A stretch of 64,000 nucleotides of DNA, from NCBI GenBank assembly GCA_001776785.1, contig MFDF01000002.1:6894-70893 (forward strand), in the 5' to 3' direction. Positions 29,696 through 39,309 of this stretch are shown piece by piece; positions within the stretch are counted from its first letter, which is position 1; every line of letters starts with the position of its first letter. The notes beneath the pieces were generated by a model. That model did no database searches. It saw only the letters and a list, made by a program, of their open reading frames with translations, and was not told the origin of the DNA. Position numbers and translations under genes: made by a program. This stretch comes from Candidatus Daviesbacteria bacterium RIFCSPHIGHO2_12_FULL_37_16. GTDB taxonomy: Bacteria > Patescibacteriota > Microgenomatia > Daviesbacterales > UBA10151.

Positions 29696-29728
29696 CTTCT
29701 CGACTCGCTGGCGCTCGCTCGAAGAATA

Positions 29729-30619
29729 ATGTTAGACAAAGCTAAGGTTTTTTTATCCAATAGAACCAATTTAATACTGGTGGGGGTTTTGGTTTTACTT
29801 TTAGCTGGGGGAATTTTTGCATTCCAGAGATTTTTTGCAGGAGACCCTAATGCAATTGTAGAGGAGATTGATCTAGCCTTTGATCCAGAGGGGCCATATG
29901 CACTTTTGTATCCCAGAAGAGATGGGAATGCTTTAAACCTTTCACTTAAAAGAACTGGAACCTATGACAAAATTTCCTATGAGTTGGCTTATGTTGCCAA
30001 TGCTGATGCTACAGGTTCTAAAGACTCTGAGAGGTTAGTAGAGGATGGGATTTCCGGAATAGACAGAGGAGTTATGGGAGAGGTGGATACATCAAAGAAA
30101 AAATCAGAGTATGAACAGGAGATTTTATTTGGGACTTGTTCTAAGAATGTCTGCAAATATGACCAGGGTGTAGAGAATGGGACTTTAACTTTGCATATAA
30201 GAAAAGGCAAAGAGGCCTACAGAATGGTTACCCAATGGAAGTTACAAAAACCTGATGTAGCTTTAGGGAAATTATCGTCTGGAGATGAGCATTTCAAATA
30301 TGAGACAACTGCTTCAAGAGAGGAGCTGACTTTAGTTGGATACACTATAATTAATGAGTTAACTGGAGTGCCAAAACTTCCTTCCGGTAAAGAAATTTTA
30401 GGAACTGTTTATGCTCTAAATGTGCCTTTGGCAAAAAGTTTTCCAAAGGGGGCTGTTAGTTTTGAATTAGCTGAAAACCCTCCAGGGGATGCAAAAATTG
30501 CCAGGTTTTTGGATTCTAAAAATGACTGGGAGATCTTAGAAACTAAAATTAATGGGAGCAAACTTTCTGCAGATTCAGGGGGTGAGGGTATATTTGCAAT
30601 TCTTGCTGATTCTAAATGA
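29729..30619 (+). CDS. hypothetical membrane-anchored extracytoplasmic protein
   Basis: Single N-terminal TM (LILVGVLVLLLAGGIFAF). No recognisable domain. Confidence 0.35.
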   Translation: MLDKAKVFLSNRTNLILVGVLVLLLAGGIFAFQRFFAGDPNAIVEEIDLAFDPEGPYALLYPRRDGNALNLSLKRTGTYDKISYELAYVANADATGSKDSERLVEDGISGIDRGVMGEVDTSKKKSEYEQEILFGTCSKNVCKYDQGVENGTLTLHIRKGKEAYRMVTQWKLQKPDVALGKLSSGDEHFKYETTASREELTLVGYTIINELTGVPKLPSGKEILGTVYALNVPLAKSFPKGAVSFELAENPPGDAKIARFLDSKNDWEILETKINGSKLSADSGGEGIFAILADSK

Positions 30620-30724
30620 ACTACCCCGCAGCAAGCTGACGGGGTATCGCTTTGCGAAAGTTCTTGTTTCGGATAGTTGTAACCTTGCAGTAAACTGCTA
30701 GGTATTTTATGAAACAATAAATTT

Positions 30725-31045
30725 ATGCTGCTTTTTAGAAGTTTTGAATTAGGAGCAATCCTTAGAAAAAAGATTATTGTGGTTTTAGTGCTGCTTTTAA
30801 TTGCCTTTAGTATTGTAGAAATTTGGGTTGTGAATAGGTTATCCACTTATGGTGAGCAGATAAGTAAGCTTGAGGAAACAAGAACAAATTATGTACTAGA
30901 GAACCAGGTTCTCCAGAACCAAATTGATGAAGCATCCTCTTTGGAAGAAATAGGAAAGTTAGTAAAATCATATGGATTTGCAGAGATTAAAAACATTGAG
31001 TATTTAACTACATCTGATCTAACCCCTAAAAACAGTACACTGTAA
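30725..31045 (+). CDS. ftsL: cell division protein FtsL-like (septum formation initiator)
   Basis: 106 aa with one TM followed by a coiled-coil (KLEETRTNYVLENQVLQNQIDEASSLEE), immediately upstream of ftsI. Confidence 0.45.
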   Translation: MLLFRSFELGAILRKKIIVVLVLLLIAFSIVEIWVVNRLSTYGEQISKLEETRTNYVLENQVLQNQIDEASSLEEIGKLVKSYGFAEIKNIEYLTTSDLTPKNSTL

Positions 31046-31065
31046 AAATTTGTTAAGATAAAATC

Positions 31066-32910
31066 ATGCGCATAAGATTTTTAAAGATTTCTTTTTTTGT
31101 AATAATATTTTCTATAATTTTAAGACTTGGGTACTGGCAGATATTAAAATCTGATGAATTAACAGCAAGGGCAGAAGGACAGAGAACTTCTATAAAAAAT
31201 GTGATAGCCCCAAGAGGAACAATTTTTTATCAGGATGGTTCAACTCTGGCTACAAGTCAACCTGCTTATTTAGTTTATGTACAGCCTAAAAGTATAGTTA
31301 TCCCCAAAAGTTTTAATATAACAGAATTTAGAAGGTTTTATGCCCAAAAACTAGCTGAGGTTTTTTGGGAAGAAGACCAAAAACTAAAACTTAAGTTTAA
31401 AGAAGATAAAGTTGGGACTGATTCTGCAAAATTGGAAGCTATCCCACCTGTTGAAACTGCTGTTAAAACAGATGAAGAGATAAAAAAAGATGAAAAAAAA
31501 CAGATTGAGGATTTTATTATTGATAGGCTGAGCCAGGATTTATATTGGGTGAGTTTAGCAAGAAAGGTTGATTTAGAAACAAAGAAAAGACTTGAAAAGC
31601 TAAATTTAGAGGGTTTGGGATTTGAGCCAACCTCACAAAGATTTTATCCTGAAGGCTCATCGTCTGCCCACCTTTTAGGATTTATTGGATCAGATATTTA
31701 TGGGGCAGAGACAGGTTATTTTGGGATTGAAGGTTTTTACAATGGAGAACTTAAGGGAACTCCAGGACTTTTAAAGCTTGAAAAAGATGCACTTGGCCTA
31801 CCAATTTTAATTGGGCAATTTATTAACAAAATTGCAAAACCTGGTAAGAATTTAACTTTAACTGTAGATAGGACAGTCCAATATATAGTTGAGAGGAATT
31901 TAAGGGCTGGAGTAGAAAAATATAAGGCTAAAGGAGGTTCAGTTGTGGTTTTGGAACCTTCAAGTGGGAATATTTTAGCAATGGCTTCTATACCTGGTTA
32001 TGATCCAATAATTTCTTATTTGTATCCAGGGGAGAATTTTAGAAACCCAATTACTGCTGAATCTTATGAGCCAGGATCCACATTTAAAGTTTTAGTAATG
32101 GCAGCAGGAATTAATGAGGGTGTAGTGCAGCCTGATACAAGATGTGACAGCTGTAGTGGGCCTGTAAACTTAGCAGGTTACACAATTAAAACCTGGAATA
32201 ACAAATATTTAGAAAACCAGACAATGGCAGAGACAATTATCCATTCAGATAATACAGGAATGGTTTTTGTAGGGAAAAAGTTAGGGATAGATAAAATGTA
32301 TGAGTATATAAGGAATTTTGGGTTTGGTGATGTGACAAATGTTGATTTGCAGGATGAGCAATCCCCCCCTCTGAGGGAGAAAAAAGACTGGAAAGAGATA
32401 GACTTAGCTACAGCATCTTTTGGTCAGGGTATCTCAGTAACACCAATGCAATTAATAAGGGGAGTTGCTGCTATTGCAAATGGTGGGAAACTAGTAGAAC
32501 CAAAGGTAGTAAAGGAGATTAGTGATGGTAAGGGAGTTACTAAAATCAGGGATAGGATTTTGGGGAACCCAATTTCCGAGGAGACCTCTAAAACTATTAC
32601 AAAGATGATGATTCAGGCTGTAGATAAGGGAGAAGCACAATTTTATAAGAAAAAAATTGGACTGCAAAATTATAAAATTGCAGGAAAAACAGGGACTGCC
32701 CAAATTGCAGTTGCAGGGCATTATGACCCTACTAAAACTATTGCCAGCTTTATTGGGTTTGCACCTGCAGAAAATCCAAAATTTGTGATGTTAGTTAGGT
32801 TTAATGAGCCATCTTCATCCATCTTTGGTGCAGACACTGCAGCCCCAACATTTTTTGAAATAGCAAAAGAACTGTTTTTATATTACGGAATTGCTCCCTC
32901 GGTGCAATGA
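31066..32910 (+). CDS. ftsI: penicillin-binding protein (FtsI/PBP2-type transpeptidase)
   Basis: Transpeptidase motifs STFK, HSDN and KTGT present in order. N-terminal TM. Confidence 0.85.
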   Translation: MRIRFLKISFFVIIFSIILRLGYWQILKSDELTARAEGQRTSIKNVIAPRGTIFYQDGSTLATSQPAYLVYVQPKSIVIPKSFNITEFRRFYAQKLAEVFWEEDQKLKLKFKEDKVGTDSAKLEAIPPVETAVKTDEEIKKDEKKQIEDFIIDRLSQDLYWVSLARKVDLETKKRLEKLNLEGLGFEPTSQRFYPEGSSSAHLLGFIGSDIYGAETGYFGIEGFYNGELKGTPGLLKLEKDALGLPILIGQFINKIAKPGKNLTLTVDRTVQYIVERNLRAGVEKYKAKGGSVVVLEPSSGNILAMASIPGYDPIISYLYPGENFRNPITAESYEPGSTFKVLVMAAGINEGVVQPDTRCDSCSGPVNLAGYTIKTWNNKYLENQTMAETIIHSDNTGMVFVGKKLGIDKMYEYIRNFGFGDVTNVDLQDEQSPPLREKKDWKEIDLATASFGQGISVTPMQLIRGVAAIANGGKLVEPKVVKEISDGKGVTKIRDRILGNPISEETSKTITKMMIQAVDKGEAQFYKKKIGLQNYKIAGKTGTAQIAVAGHYDPTKTIASFIGFAPAENPKFVMLVRFNEPSSSIFGADTAAPTFFEIAKELFLYYGIAPSVQ

Positions 32911-32977
32911 AGTAATAGAGCTTGCTCATATTACAAAATTCCTCCAACATACTAAATTTTGATATACTTTGTAAGCA

Positions 32978-34198
32978 ATGATTAGGTTTTTGAGGAAATT
33001 AGTTCCGCAGATTTTAATAAACTTTTTTAAGCATCTGCCTGAGGCTGTTTTGGCAAACTTTATATATGGATTTCCATCAAGAGGGATGAAAGTTATTGGT
33101 GTGACCGGGACTGATGGGAAAACTACAACTACAAATATGATCTATGAGATCTTAAAAAAGTCCGGGAAAAAAGTTTCTATGGTTTCAACTATTAAGGCTG
33201 TTATTGGGGATAAAGAGTTTGAAACTGGTTTTCATGTAACCTCACCTACCTCATTTTTTTTGCAAAGACTGTTAAGGGATGCTAAGGGTGCAGGATCAGA
33301 ATATATAGTTTTGGAAGTGACCTCTCATGGGTTGGATCAATTCAGGTTTTTTGGGATAAATTTTGAGGTTGGGGTAATTACAAATGTAACTAATGAGCAC
33401 CTGGATTACCATAAGACCTTTGAAAATTATTTAATGACTAAAGCAAAGTTAATTAAAAATGCAAAAGTTGCTGTTATAAATGCTGATGAAAAACATTTTG
33501 AGAGGTTGCGTCACTTAACACATCCGAAGTGTAAAGTATTAAGCTTTGGAAAGAATCCAAAAGCAGATTTTAATCCAGGTAATTTTAAACTGAATCTAAA
33601 AATTCCAGGTGAATATAATTTGTTGAATGCTTTGGCTGCTTCTGCTGCTACTGATTCAATTGGTCTGGATAAAGCAAATATAAAGTATGTTTTAAGCAGT
33701 TTTGATGGTTTAGAAGGAAGGATGGAAGAGGTTCCAAACAAACTGGGGATTAAAATATTTGTAGATTTTGCCCACACTCCAAATGCTTTGGAAAATGTTT
33801 TAAAAGTTTTAAAGAAAAAAAGCAAGGGTAGGTTAATATCAATTTTTGGTACAGCTAGTGAGAGGGATGTTGTAAAAAGGCCTGTAATGGGGGCTATATC
33901 TGCAAGAGAGGCAGATATAACAATCCTGACTGATGAGGATCCAAGATTTGAGTCCTCTGAAAAAATTATTTCAGAAATTGCGCTGGGTGCAAAAAAAGAA
34001 GGGGCTAAATTTGGGAAGAATTTATTTAAGGAACCTGATAGATTTAAAGCAATAATGCTTGGGATAAAAATGGCACGCAAAGGAGACACAGTTGGGATAT
34101 TTGGTAAGGGTCATGAAAAATCTATGAATTATAAAGGTATTGAAAAAATCTGGTCAGATAAGGAGGCTGTGGGAAGAGTTTTAAGGTATGGAAGATAG
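32978..34198 (+). CDS. murE: UDP-N-acetylmuramoyl-tripeptide synthetase MurE (compact form)
   Basis: Mur ligase P-loop GVTGTDGKTTTT, MurE-like central domain (TSPTSFFLQRLL, EVTSHGLDQFRF, NEHLDYH) and a C-terminal domain. Only about 35 aa precede the P-loop, so the N-terminal domain is reduced. Confidence 0.7.
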   Translation: MIRFLRKLVPQILINFFKHLPEAVLANFIYGFPSRGMKVIGVTGTDGKTTTTNMIYEILKKSGKKVSMVSTIKAVIGDKEFETGFHVTSPTSFFLQRLLRDAKGAGSEYIVLEVTSHGLDQFRFFGINFEVGVITNVTNEHLDYHKTFENYLMTKAKLIKNAKVAVINADEKHFERLRHLTHPKCKVLSFGKNPKADFNPGNFKLNLKIPGEYNLLNALAASAATDSIGLDKANIKYVLSSFDGLEGRMEEVPNKLGIKIFVDFAHTPNALENVLKVLKKKSKGRLISIFGTASERDVVKRPVMGAISAREADITILTDEDPRFESSEKIISEIALGAKKEGAKFGKNLFKEPDRFKAIMLGIKMARKGDTVGIFGKGHEKSMNYKGIEKIWSDKEAVGRVLRYGR

Positions 34199-34772
34199 AT
34201 ATAAGTTAATTGCTGCAGCTTTGGGAGAAGAAAGAGTTAAATATGATGAGAGGCTTATACACCATACTTATACAAAACTAAAAAGCAGGGCTGAAATTTT
34301 TTATATTGCTACCACCCTAAAGGAGCTAATTGCTGTTTTAGATTTAGCTTATGAGTTAAAAATTCCCTATTTAGTATTAGGAGCAGGAACAAAATATTTA
34401 ACAAAAAGAGCAGATATTAAAGGGTTGGTAATAAAAAACAGAACAACTCAGATAAAAATTGGGGCCATCAAGGGTAAAGTTTCAACAAGTGGTCTAGGAA
34501 TTGAGGAAGCCCAAATTGAAGTTGACAGCGGTGTAAGCATAAATAAATTAAATGATTTTCTATATGAAAGCGGACTTGAAAATTTAAGGGGTATTAGCTC
34601 TAGCTTAAGTACAGTGGGAGGAGCAATTTTCTTAGATTCAGTACTTCAGGCTCAAGCCTCAATGATCAAGGTATGGGATAAAGGAGACATAGAAAATGTT
34701 GACATATTAAGTCTTGATAAAAATAAACATGTAGTTTTATCAGTGGTTTTTGGTGTTAAAGCACGAATTTAG
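34188..34772 (+). CDS. MurB-like (UDP-N-acetylenolpyruvoylglucosamine reductase FAD-binding domain homolog), truncated and divergent
   Basis: 194 aa. IPYLVLGAGTKYL aligns to the MurB GGGSNLL FAD-loop and GLENLRGISSSLSTVGGAIFLD to MurB GLENLSGIPGTVGGA. Lacks the C-terminal substrate domain. Confidence 0.4.
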   Translation: MEDRYKLIAAALGEERVKYDERLIHHTYTKLKSRAEIFYIATTLKELIAVLDLAYELKIPYLVLGAGTKYLTKRADIKGLVIKNRTTQIKIGAIKGKVSTSGLGIEEAQIEVDSGVSINKLNDFLYESGLENLRGISSSLSTVGGAIFLDSVLQAQASMIKVWDKGDIENVDILSLDKNKHVVLSVVFGVKARI

Positions 34773-34797
34773 GGTAAATTAAGGTATACTTAAGCTG

Positions 34798-35994
34798 ATG
34801 ATAGATATTAATAAACATCCGATCTGGCAAGGAAATAAGCTTTGGGGAGGGATAAATCTGCTAAAAAAGCGAGGACACCTGGTTAGATTTTTCTTAGCCA
34901 GACAATATGCTAAACTTTTTCCCAGGACACTATTTGTAGGAATTACAGGGTCTGTTGGTAAAACTACTACAACATTGGCCTGTCAAAGTGTACTTTCTGA
35001 AAAATTTAAAACTATTTCTACAAAAATAGATTTAGATCCAATTTTGAATATCCCAATTACAATTTTAAATATAAGGCCTAAGACACAAAAAGTCTTATTG
35101 GAAATGGGGGTTGAGTATCCCGGGGAGATGGAGTATTACCTAAATATGGTTAAGCCTTATATAGGGGTTGTCACCCGAGTGAGTTTTGCCCATAGTGAAT
35201 TTTTGGGATCAGACCAGGAGATTTTGAGCGAAAAGGGTAAGCTTATTGAGCAGTTGCCAGAGAATGGATATGCAATTTTGAATTGGGATGACCCCCTGGT
35301 TAGAAAGTTAGCTGATAAAACAGCGGCCCAGGTAATATTTTTTGGAACTGATTCTATAAATTCACATGTATGGGCTGGAAATATAAAAATTAAAGATTAC
35401 CAAACTGTTTTTGAATTAAACCAGGGGGTTGAGAGAGTAGAAGTTAGAACAAATCTTTTAGGTAGACATATGGTTACTTCTTTACTTGCAGCTGCAGCTT
35501 TAGGAGCATGTTTGGGTATGCCTCTTACAACCATAAAGAAGGGTTTAGAGAAGGTAAAGAGTGCTCCCCATAGATTTGATCTGATAGAGGGGAAAAATGA
35601 CAGTTTTATAATTGATGATACACACAACTCTTCTCCTGCTGCTGCTGCAGAAGCGCTGGAGACATTAAATTTGCTTACAGCCAGAAGGAGGATTGTAGTA
35701 TTGGGAGAAATGAAAGAGCTTGGGGTGTATTCTGAGAAGCTGCATAGGGAAATGGCTCACATAATTTATAGAAATAAGGTTGATTTAGTTTTTTTAGGGA
35801 CTGGGGATGCAAATTATATTGCTGATGAACTTATAAAACTGGGTTTTTTAGAAGATAGGTTATTTGCAAACCTGCAAAACCCTCAAATTGTATCAAAGCT
35901 AATAAAGGTTTTATCTAAGGGTGATGTAGTTTTAATTAAAGGATCCAGAACTTTAAGGTTAGATGAAGTAGTAAAAAAATTATCTAAAAAATGA
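34798..35994 (+). CDS. murF: UDP-N-acetylmuramoyl-tripeptide--D-alanyl-D-alanine ligase MurF
   Basis: Mur ligase P-loop GITGSVGKTTT. Position between murE and mraY. Confidence 0.8.
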   Translation: MIDINKHPIWQGNKLWGGINLLKKRGHLVRFFLARQYAKLFPRTLFVGITGSVGKTTTTLACQSVLSEKFKTISTKIDLDPILNIPITILNIRPKTQKVLLEMGVEYPGEMEYYLNMVKPYIGVVTRVSFAHSEFLGSDQEILSEKGKLIEQLPENGYAILNWDDPLVRKLADKTAAQVIFFGTDSINSHVWAGNIKIKDYQTVFELNQGVERVEVRTNLLGRHMVTSLLAAAALGACLGMPLTTIKKGLEKVKSAPHRFDLIEGKNDSFIIDDTHNSSPAAAAEALETLNLLTARRRIVVLGEMKELGVYSEKLHREMAHIIYRNKVDLVFLGTGDANYIADELIKLGFLEDRLFANLQNPQIVSKLIKVLSKGDVVLIKGSRTLRLDEVVKKLSKK

Positions 35995-37034
35995 TAGAAC
36001 TCCTAGGTCTTGTTTTAATATCTTTTTTAATTACCAGTATTTTACTAGTTCCCTATATTGATTTTCTATACCATTTGAGGAAGAAAAATTTAAAGAAGCT
36101 TGAGATTCATCACAGTGAAGTAAATATTGAAGCATCTAAGAACCGTAATATACATACACCTATAACAAATAAACTATTAGGATATAAAGATATTGATACT
36201 CCTGTTGGAGGAGGATTGTTAATTATTCCTGTGACAATAATTTTAACCATTCTGACTGTTTTATTTACTGATATTGAGATGTCAAATGAAATTTATCTTT
36301 TAATTTTTACATTAATATCTTTTGGACTGATTGGATTTGTAGATGATATCAGGAAAATTTTTGCCCTTTTTTATGGGAAATATCATGGGATCCGCGGAAG
36401 GTACTTGTTAATCCTTCAGTTAATTTTTGCCAGCTTAATAGCCTGTGCGCTTTATTTTGTTGTTGGCATCAATAATCTCTATGTTCCAATTTTTGGCAAT
36501 GTTGTATTGGGAAGTTTTTATATACCACTGGCAGTATTTATTATTGTTTCATTTGCAAATGCATATAATATATCTGATGGGCTTGACGGACTATCTTCCG
36601 GACTGTTAATGATTTGTCTGTTTGCTTTTTTAGCATTGGCTAGTGCGTCTTTCAATCAATACCTGTCAGTATTTGTTGGTGTATGGATTGGTGCATTGAT
36701 TGCGTTTTTATATTTTAATGTATACCCTGCCAGGATTTATTTAGGAGATGCAGGTGCTTATGGGTTTGGAGCAGCATTGGCAGTAGTTGGGTTATTAACC
36801 GGGAAGGTTGTGGGTTTGGCAGTGATTGGAGGTATGTATATTATCATAGTTGCATCCTCTTTAATCCAGATACTTTCAAAAAGATTTTTGCATAAAAAAA
36901 TATTACCTGTAACACCAATACATATGTATTTTAAATTCTTAGGATGGGAGGAGCCAAAAATTGTTTTTAGATTTTGGCTGGCAGGAATTATCTTTGCATT
37001 TTTTGGCTTGTGGCTGGCGCTACTTTCCTCATGA
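35991..37034 (+). CDS. mraY: phospho-N-acetylmuramoyl-pentapeptide transferase MraY
   Basis: NAYNISDGLDGL signature, polytopic. Confidence 0.9.
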   Translation: MIELLGLVLISFLITSILLVPYIDFLYHLRKKNLKKLEIHHSEVNIEASKNRNIHTPITNKLLGYKDIDTPVGGGLLIIPVTIILTILTVLFTDIEMSNEIYLLIFTLISFGLIGFVDDIRKIFALFYGKYHGIRGRYLLILQLIFASLIACALYFVVGINNLYVPIFGNVVLGSFYIPLAVFIIVSFANAYNISDGLDGLSSGLLMICLFAFLALASASFNQYLSVFVGVWIGALIAFLYFNVYPARIYLGDAGAYGFGAALAVVGLLTGKVVGLAVIGGMYIIIVASSLIQILSKRFLHKKILPVTPIHMYFKFLGWEEPKIVFRFWLAGIIFAFFGLWLALLSS

Positions 37035-38146
37035 GATTTAAAAGTAAATCTAATAAAATAGTATCTCCCCTTTTTGAAGGAAGTGGAATGGATTACGGGC
37101 TTTTAATAGCTTCTATCGCACTGACTGTTTTTGGATTAATCATGGTTTATGATTCATCAGTTGTGCAGGCCTATAAAGATTTCGGGGATAAATATTATTA
37201 TATTAAACAGCAATTAATATGGGTTGTACTTGGATATTTTTTCTTAACTTTTTTTGCATTTTTTAATTATGAAAATTTTAGAAAACTGGCTCTGCCAATT
37301 TTAGCAGGCTCTTTCCTGCTTTTACTGGCAGTTTTAATTCCAGGGTTAGGTACTGCTGCTGGAGGTGCCCATAGGTGGCTTAAGTTAGGACCAGTATCAA
37401 TTCAGCCGGCAGAGATTATGAAGCTTGCAAGTGTGATTTTCTTTGCAGCCATATTTGAAAAGAAACCAAGATTTGCCCCCTTTGCGCTGGTTGTGCTGGC
37501 TGCATCTTCTATAATTGGAATTTTTCAAAGAGACCTTGGGTCGACAGTAGTTTTTGTATTAATCTCCCTTGCAATGTTTATTGGTTCTGGTGCAAATTTA
37601 GGTTACATTTGGCTAATGCTGCCCGTATCGGCTGCGGGATTTTTATTCTTTGTTCTTTCTTCTGCATATAGAAAACAGCGGGTTTTAGCATTTTTAGACC
37701 CTTTTGCAGATCCCCAGGGATTTTCTTACCATATTTCACAAGTGCTAATCGCTTTGGGATCTGGCGGACTGTTGGGATTAGGCCTGGGCCAGTCCAGACA
37801 AAAGTTTGAATATATTCCTGAGGTGACAACAGATTCCATTTTTGCAATTGTTGGAGAAGAGTTTGGGTTTATAGGAGCTTTAGTGCTAATAGGACTTTTG
37901 ACTTTTTTAATATACAAAGGTTTTAAAATAGCTGAAGCTGCTCCTGATAGGTTTGGTAAACTTTTAGCTTTGGGATTGACTATTTGGCTTGGATCCCAAA
38001 CTGTTGTTAATTTAGGGGCAATGGTGTCTCTGATTCCATTAACAGGTGTACCTTTGCCATTTATCTCTTATGGTGGATCTGCGCTTTTGGTAAATTTGGT
38101 AGCTATAGGGATACTTTTAAATATATCCAAAAACACAAATAGATAA
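37031..38146 (+). CDS. ftsW: SEDS family peptidoglycan glycosyltransferase FtsW
   Basis: SEDS motifs. ATG at 37031 overlaps the mraY stop (ATGA). Position in the dcw cluster. Confidence 0.8.
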   Translation: MRFKSKSNKIVSPLFEGSGMDYGLLIASIALTVFGLIMVYDSSVVQAYKDFGDKYYYIKQQLIWVVLGYFFLTFFAFFNYENFRKLALPILAGSFLLLLAVLIPGLGTAAGGAHRWLKLGPVSIQPAEIMKLASVIFFAAIFEKKPRFAPFALVVLAASSIIGIFQRDLGSTVVFVLISLAMFIGSGANLGYIWLMLPVSAAGFLFFVLSSAYRKQRVLAFLDPFADPQGFSYHISQVLIALGSGGLLGLGLGQSRQKFEYIPEVTTDSIFAIVGEEFGFIGALVLIGLLTFLIYKGFKIAEAAPDRFGKLLALGLTIWLGSQTVVNLGAMVSLIPLTGVPLPFISYGGSALLVNLVAIGILLNISKNTNR

Positions 38147-38166
38147 AATTCCTGTAAAATATATTA

Positions 38167-39309
38167 ATGAAGATTTTAATTACGGGGACACACTTTACAC
38201 CTGCGCAGGCTGTAATTGAGGAGCTTAAAAAGGATGATTCTGTAGAAATTGTTTATGTTGGAAGAAAAACAACAATTGAAGGGGACAAGACACCTTCTGT
38301 GGAATCTCGGATATTGCCTGAGTTGGGTGTTAAATTTATTCCGCTTACTGCAGGTAGGATCAGAAGGTTTTTCTCTTTTTGGACAATAATTTCTTTTTTG
38401 AAAATCCCTTTAGGATTTATCCAATCCTTTAATATTTTAGTTTCTGAAAAACCTGATGTGGTTTTGTCATTTGGGGGATATATAGGTTTGCCAGTTGTTT
38501 TTAATGCCTGGCTTTTAAATATTCCTATAATTTTGCACGAGCAGACTTTAGTAAGCGGATTATCTAATAAAATGAGCAGCTTATTTGCAGATAAAGTTGC
38601 TGTTTCTTTTGAAAAAAAATATGAATTCAGTAAAAAGAAAATAATATTTACAGGAAACCCCATAAGAACTGAATTGTTAAAATATAACGATAAAAATTTT
38701 CAATCGCGAAAAAATGTCACCAGCCAAAAAATTAAGGAATTTGTATATAATTCTAAAAACAGCAGCAGCCCGTTAGTGCTCGTAACTGGGGGAAACCAGG
38801 GATCTCATATTATTAATGAGACAGTCGAAAAGTCTCTGGATGAATTTTTAAAGTTGGGGGTTTTAGTCCATCAAACAGGTGACTCAAGTTTTAAAGATTA
38901 TGAAAGACTTAAAGAGAAACAAAATGAAAGGTATCTGGTAGAAAAATGGATTGATGGTAATGATTTTGGTTTCCTGATTTCAAATACTGACCTTGTGATC
39001 TCAAGGGCAGGAGCTAACACTTTAACAGAACTTGCATATTTTGGTGTTCCTGCTTTAGTGATACCTATCCCATACGTAAACAAAAACGAACAAGAGAAAA
39101 ATGCTGATTTTTTTGAAGATTTAGGGTTAGTAAAAAAGCTTCTTCAAAAAGGATTAACTTCTGAAAAGTTATTAAAAACAGTTAAAACAGCTATATCAGA
39201 ATTAAAATCTTTAAAAGAAAAATCAAAGAATGCAAAAAAAGTGGTGATTGAAGATGCTGCCAGAAGGGTTGCTTTAGAGACAAAGATATTAGGTGAACAT
39301 GAGTATTAA
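38167..39309 (+). CDS. murG: undecaprenyldiphospho-muramoylpentapeptide beta-N-acetylglucosaminyltransferase MurG
   Basis: GT28 N- and C-terminal domains (GGYIGLPVVFNAWLLNIPIILHEQT). Confidence 0.8.
   Translation: MKILITGTHFTPAQAVIEELKKDDSVEIVYVGRKTTIEGDKTPSVESRILPELGVKFIPLTAGRIRRFFSFWTIISFLKIPLGFIQSFNILVSEKPDVVLSFGGYIGLPVVFNAWLLNIPIILHEQTLVSGLSNKMSSLFADKVAVSFEKKYEFSKKKIIFTGNPIRTELLKYNDKNFQSRKNVTSQKIKEFVYNSKNSSSPLVLVTGGNQGSHIINETVEKSLDEFLKLGVLVHQTGDSSFKDYERLKEKQNERYLVEKWIDGNDFGFLISNTDLVISRAGANTLTELAYFGVPALVIPIPYVNKNEQEKNADFFEDLGLVKKLLQKGLTSEKLLKTVKTAISELKSLKEKSKNAKKVVIEDAARRVALETKILGEHEY

Noticed and set aside
29696-29728. Rho-independent terminator after glyQS (GC-rich CTCGACTCGCTGGCGCTCGCTCGAAG)
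   Set aside because: The GC-rich block forms direct rather than inverted repeats and is not followed by a T-tract, so no convincing hairpin-plus-U-run could be drawn.
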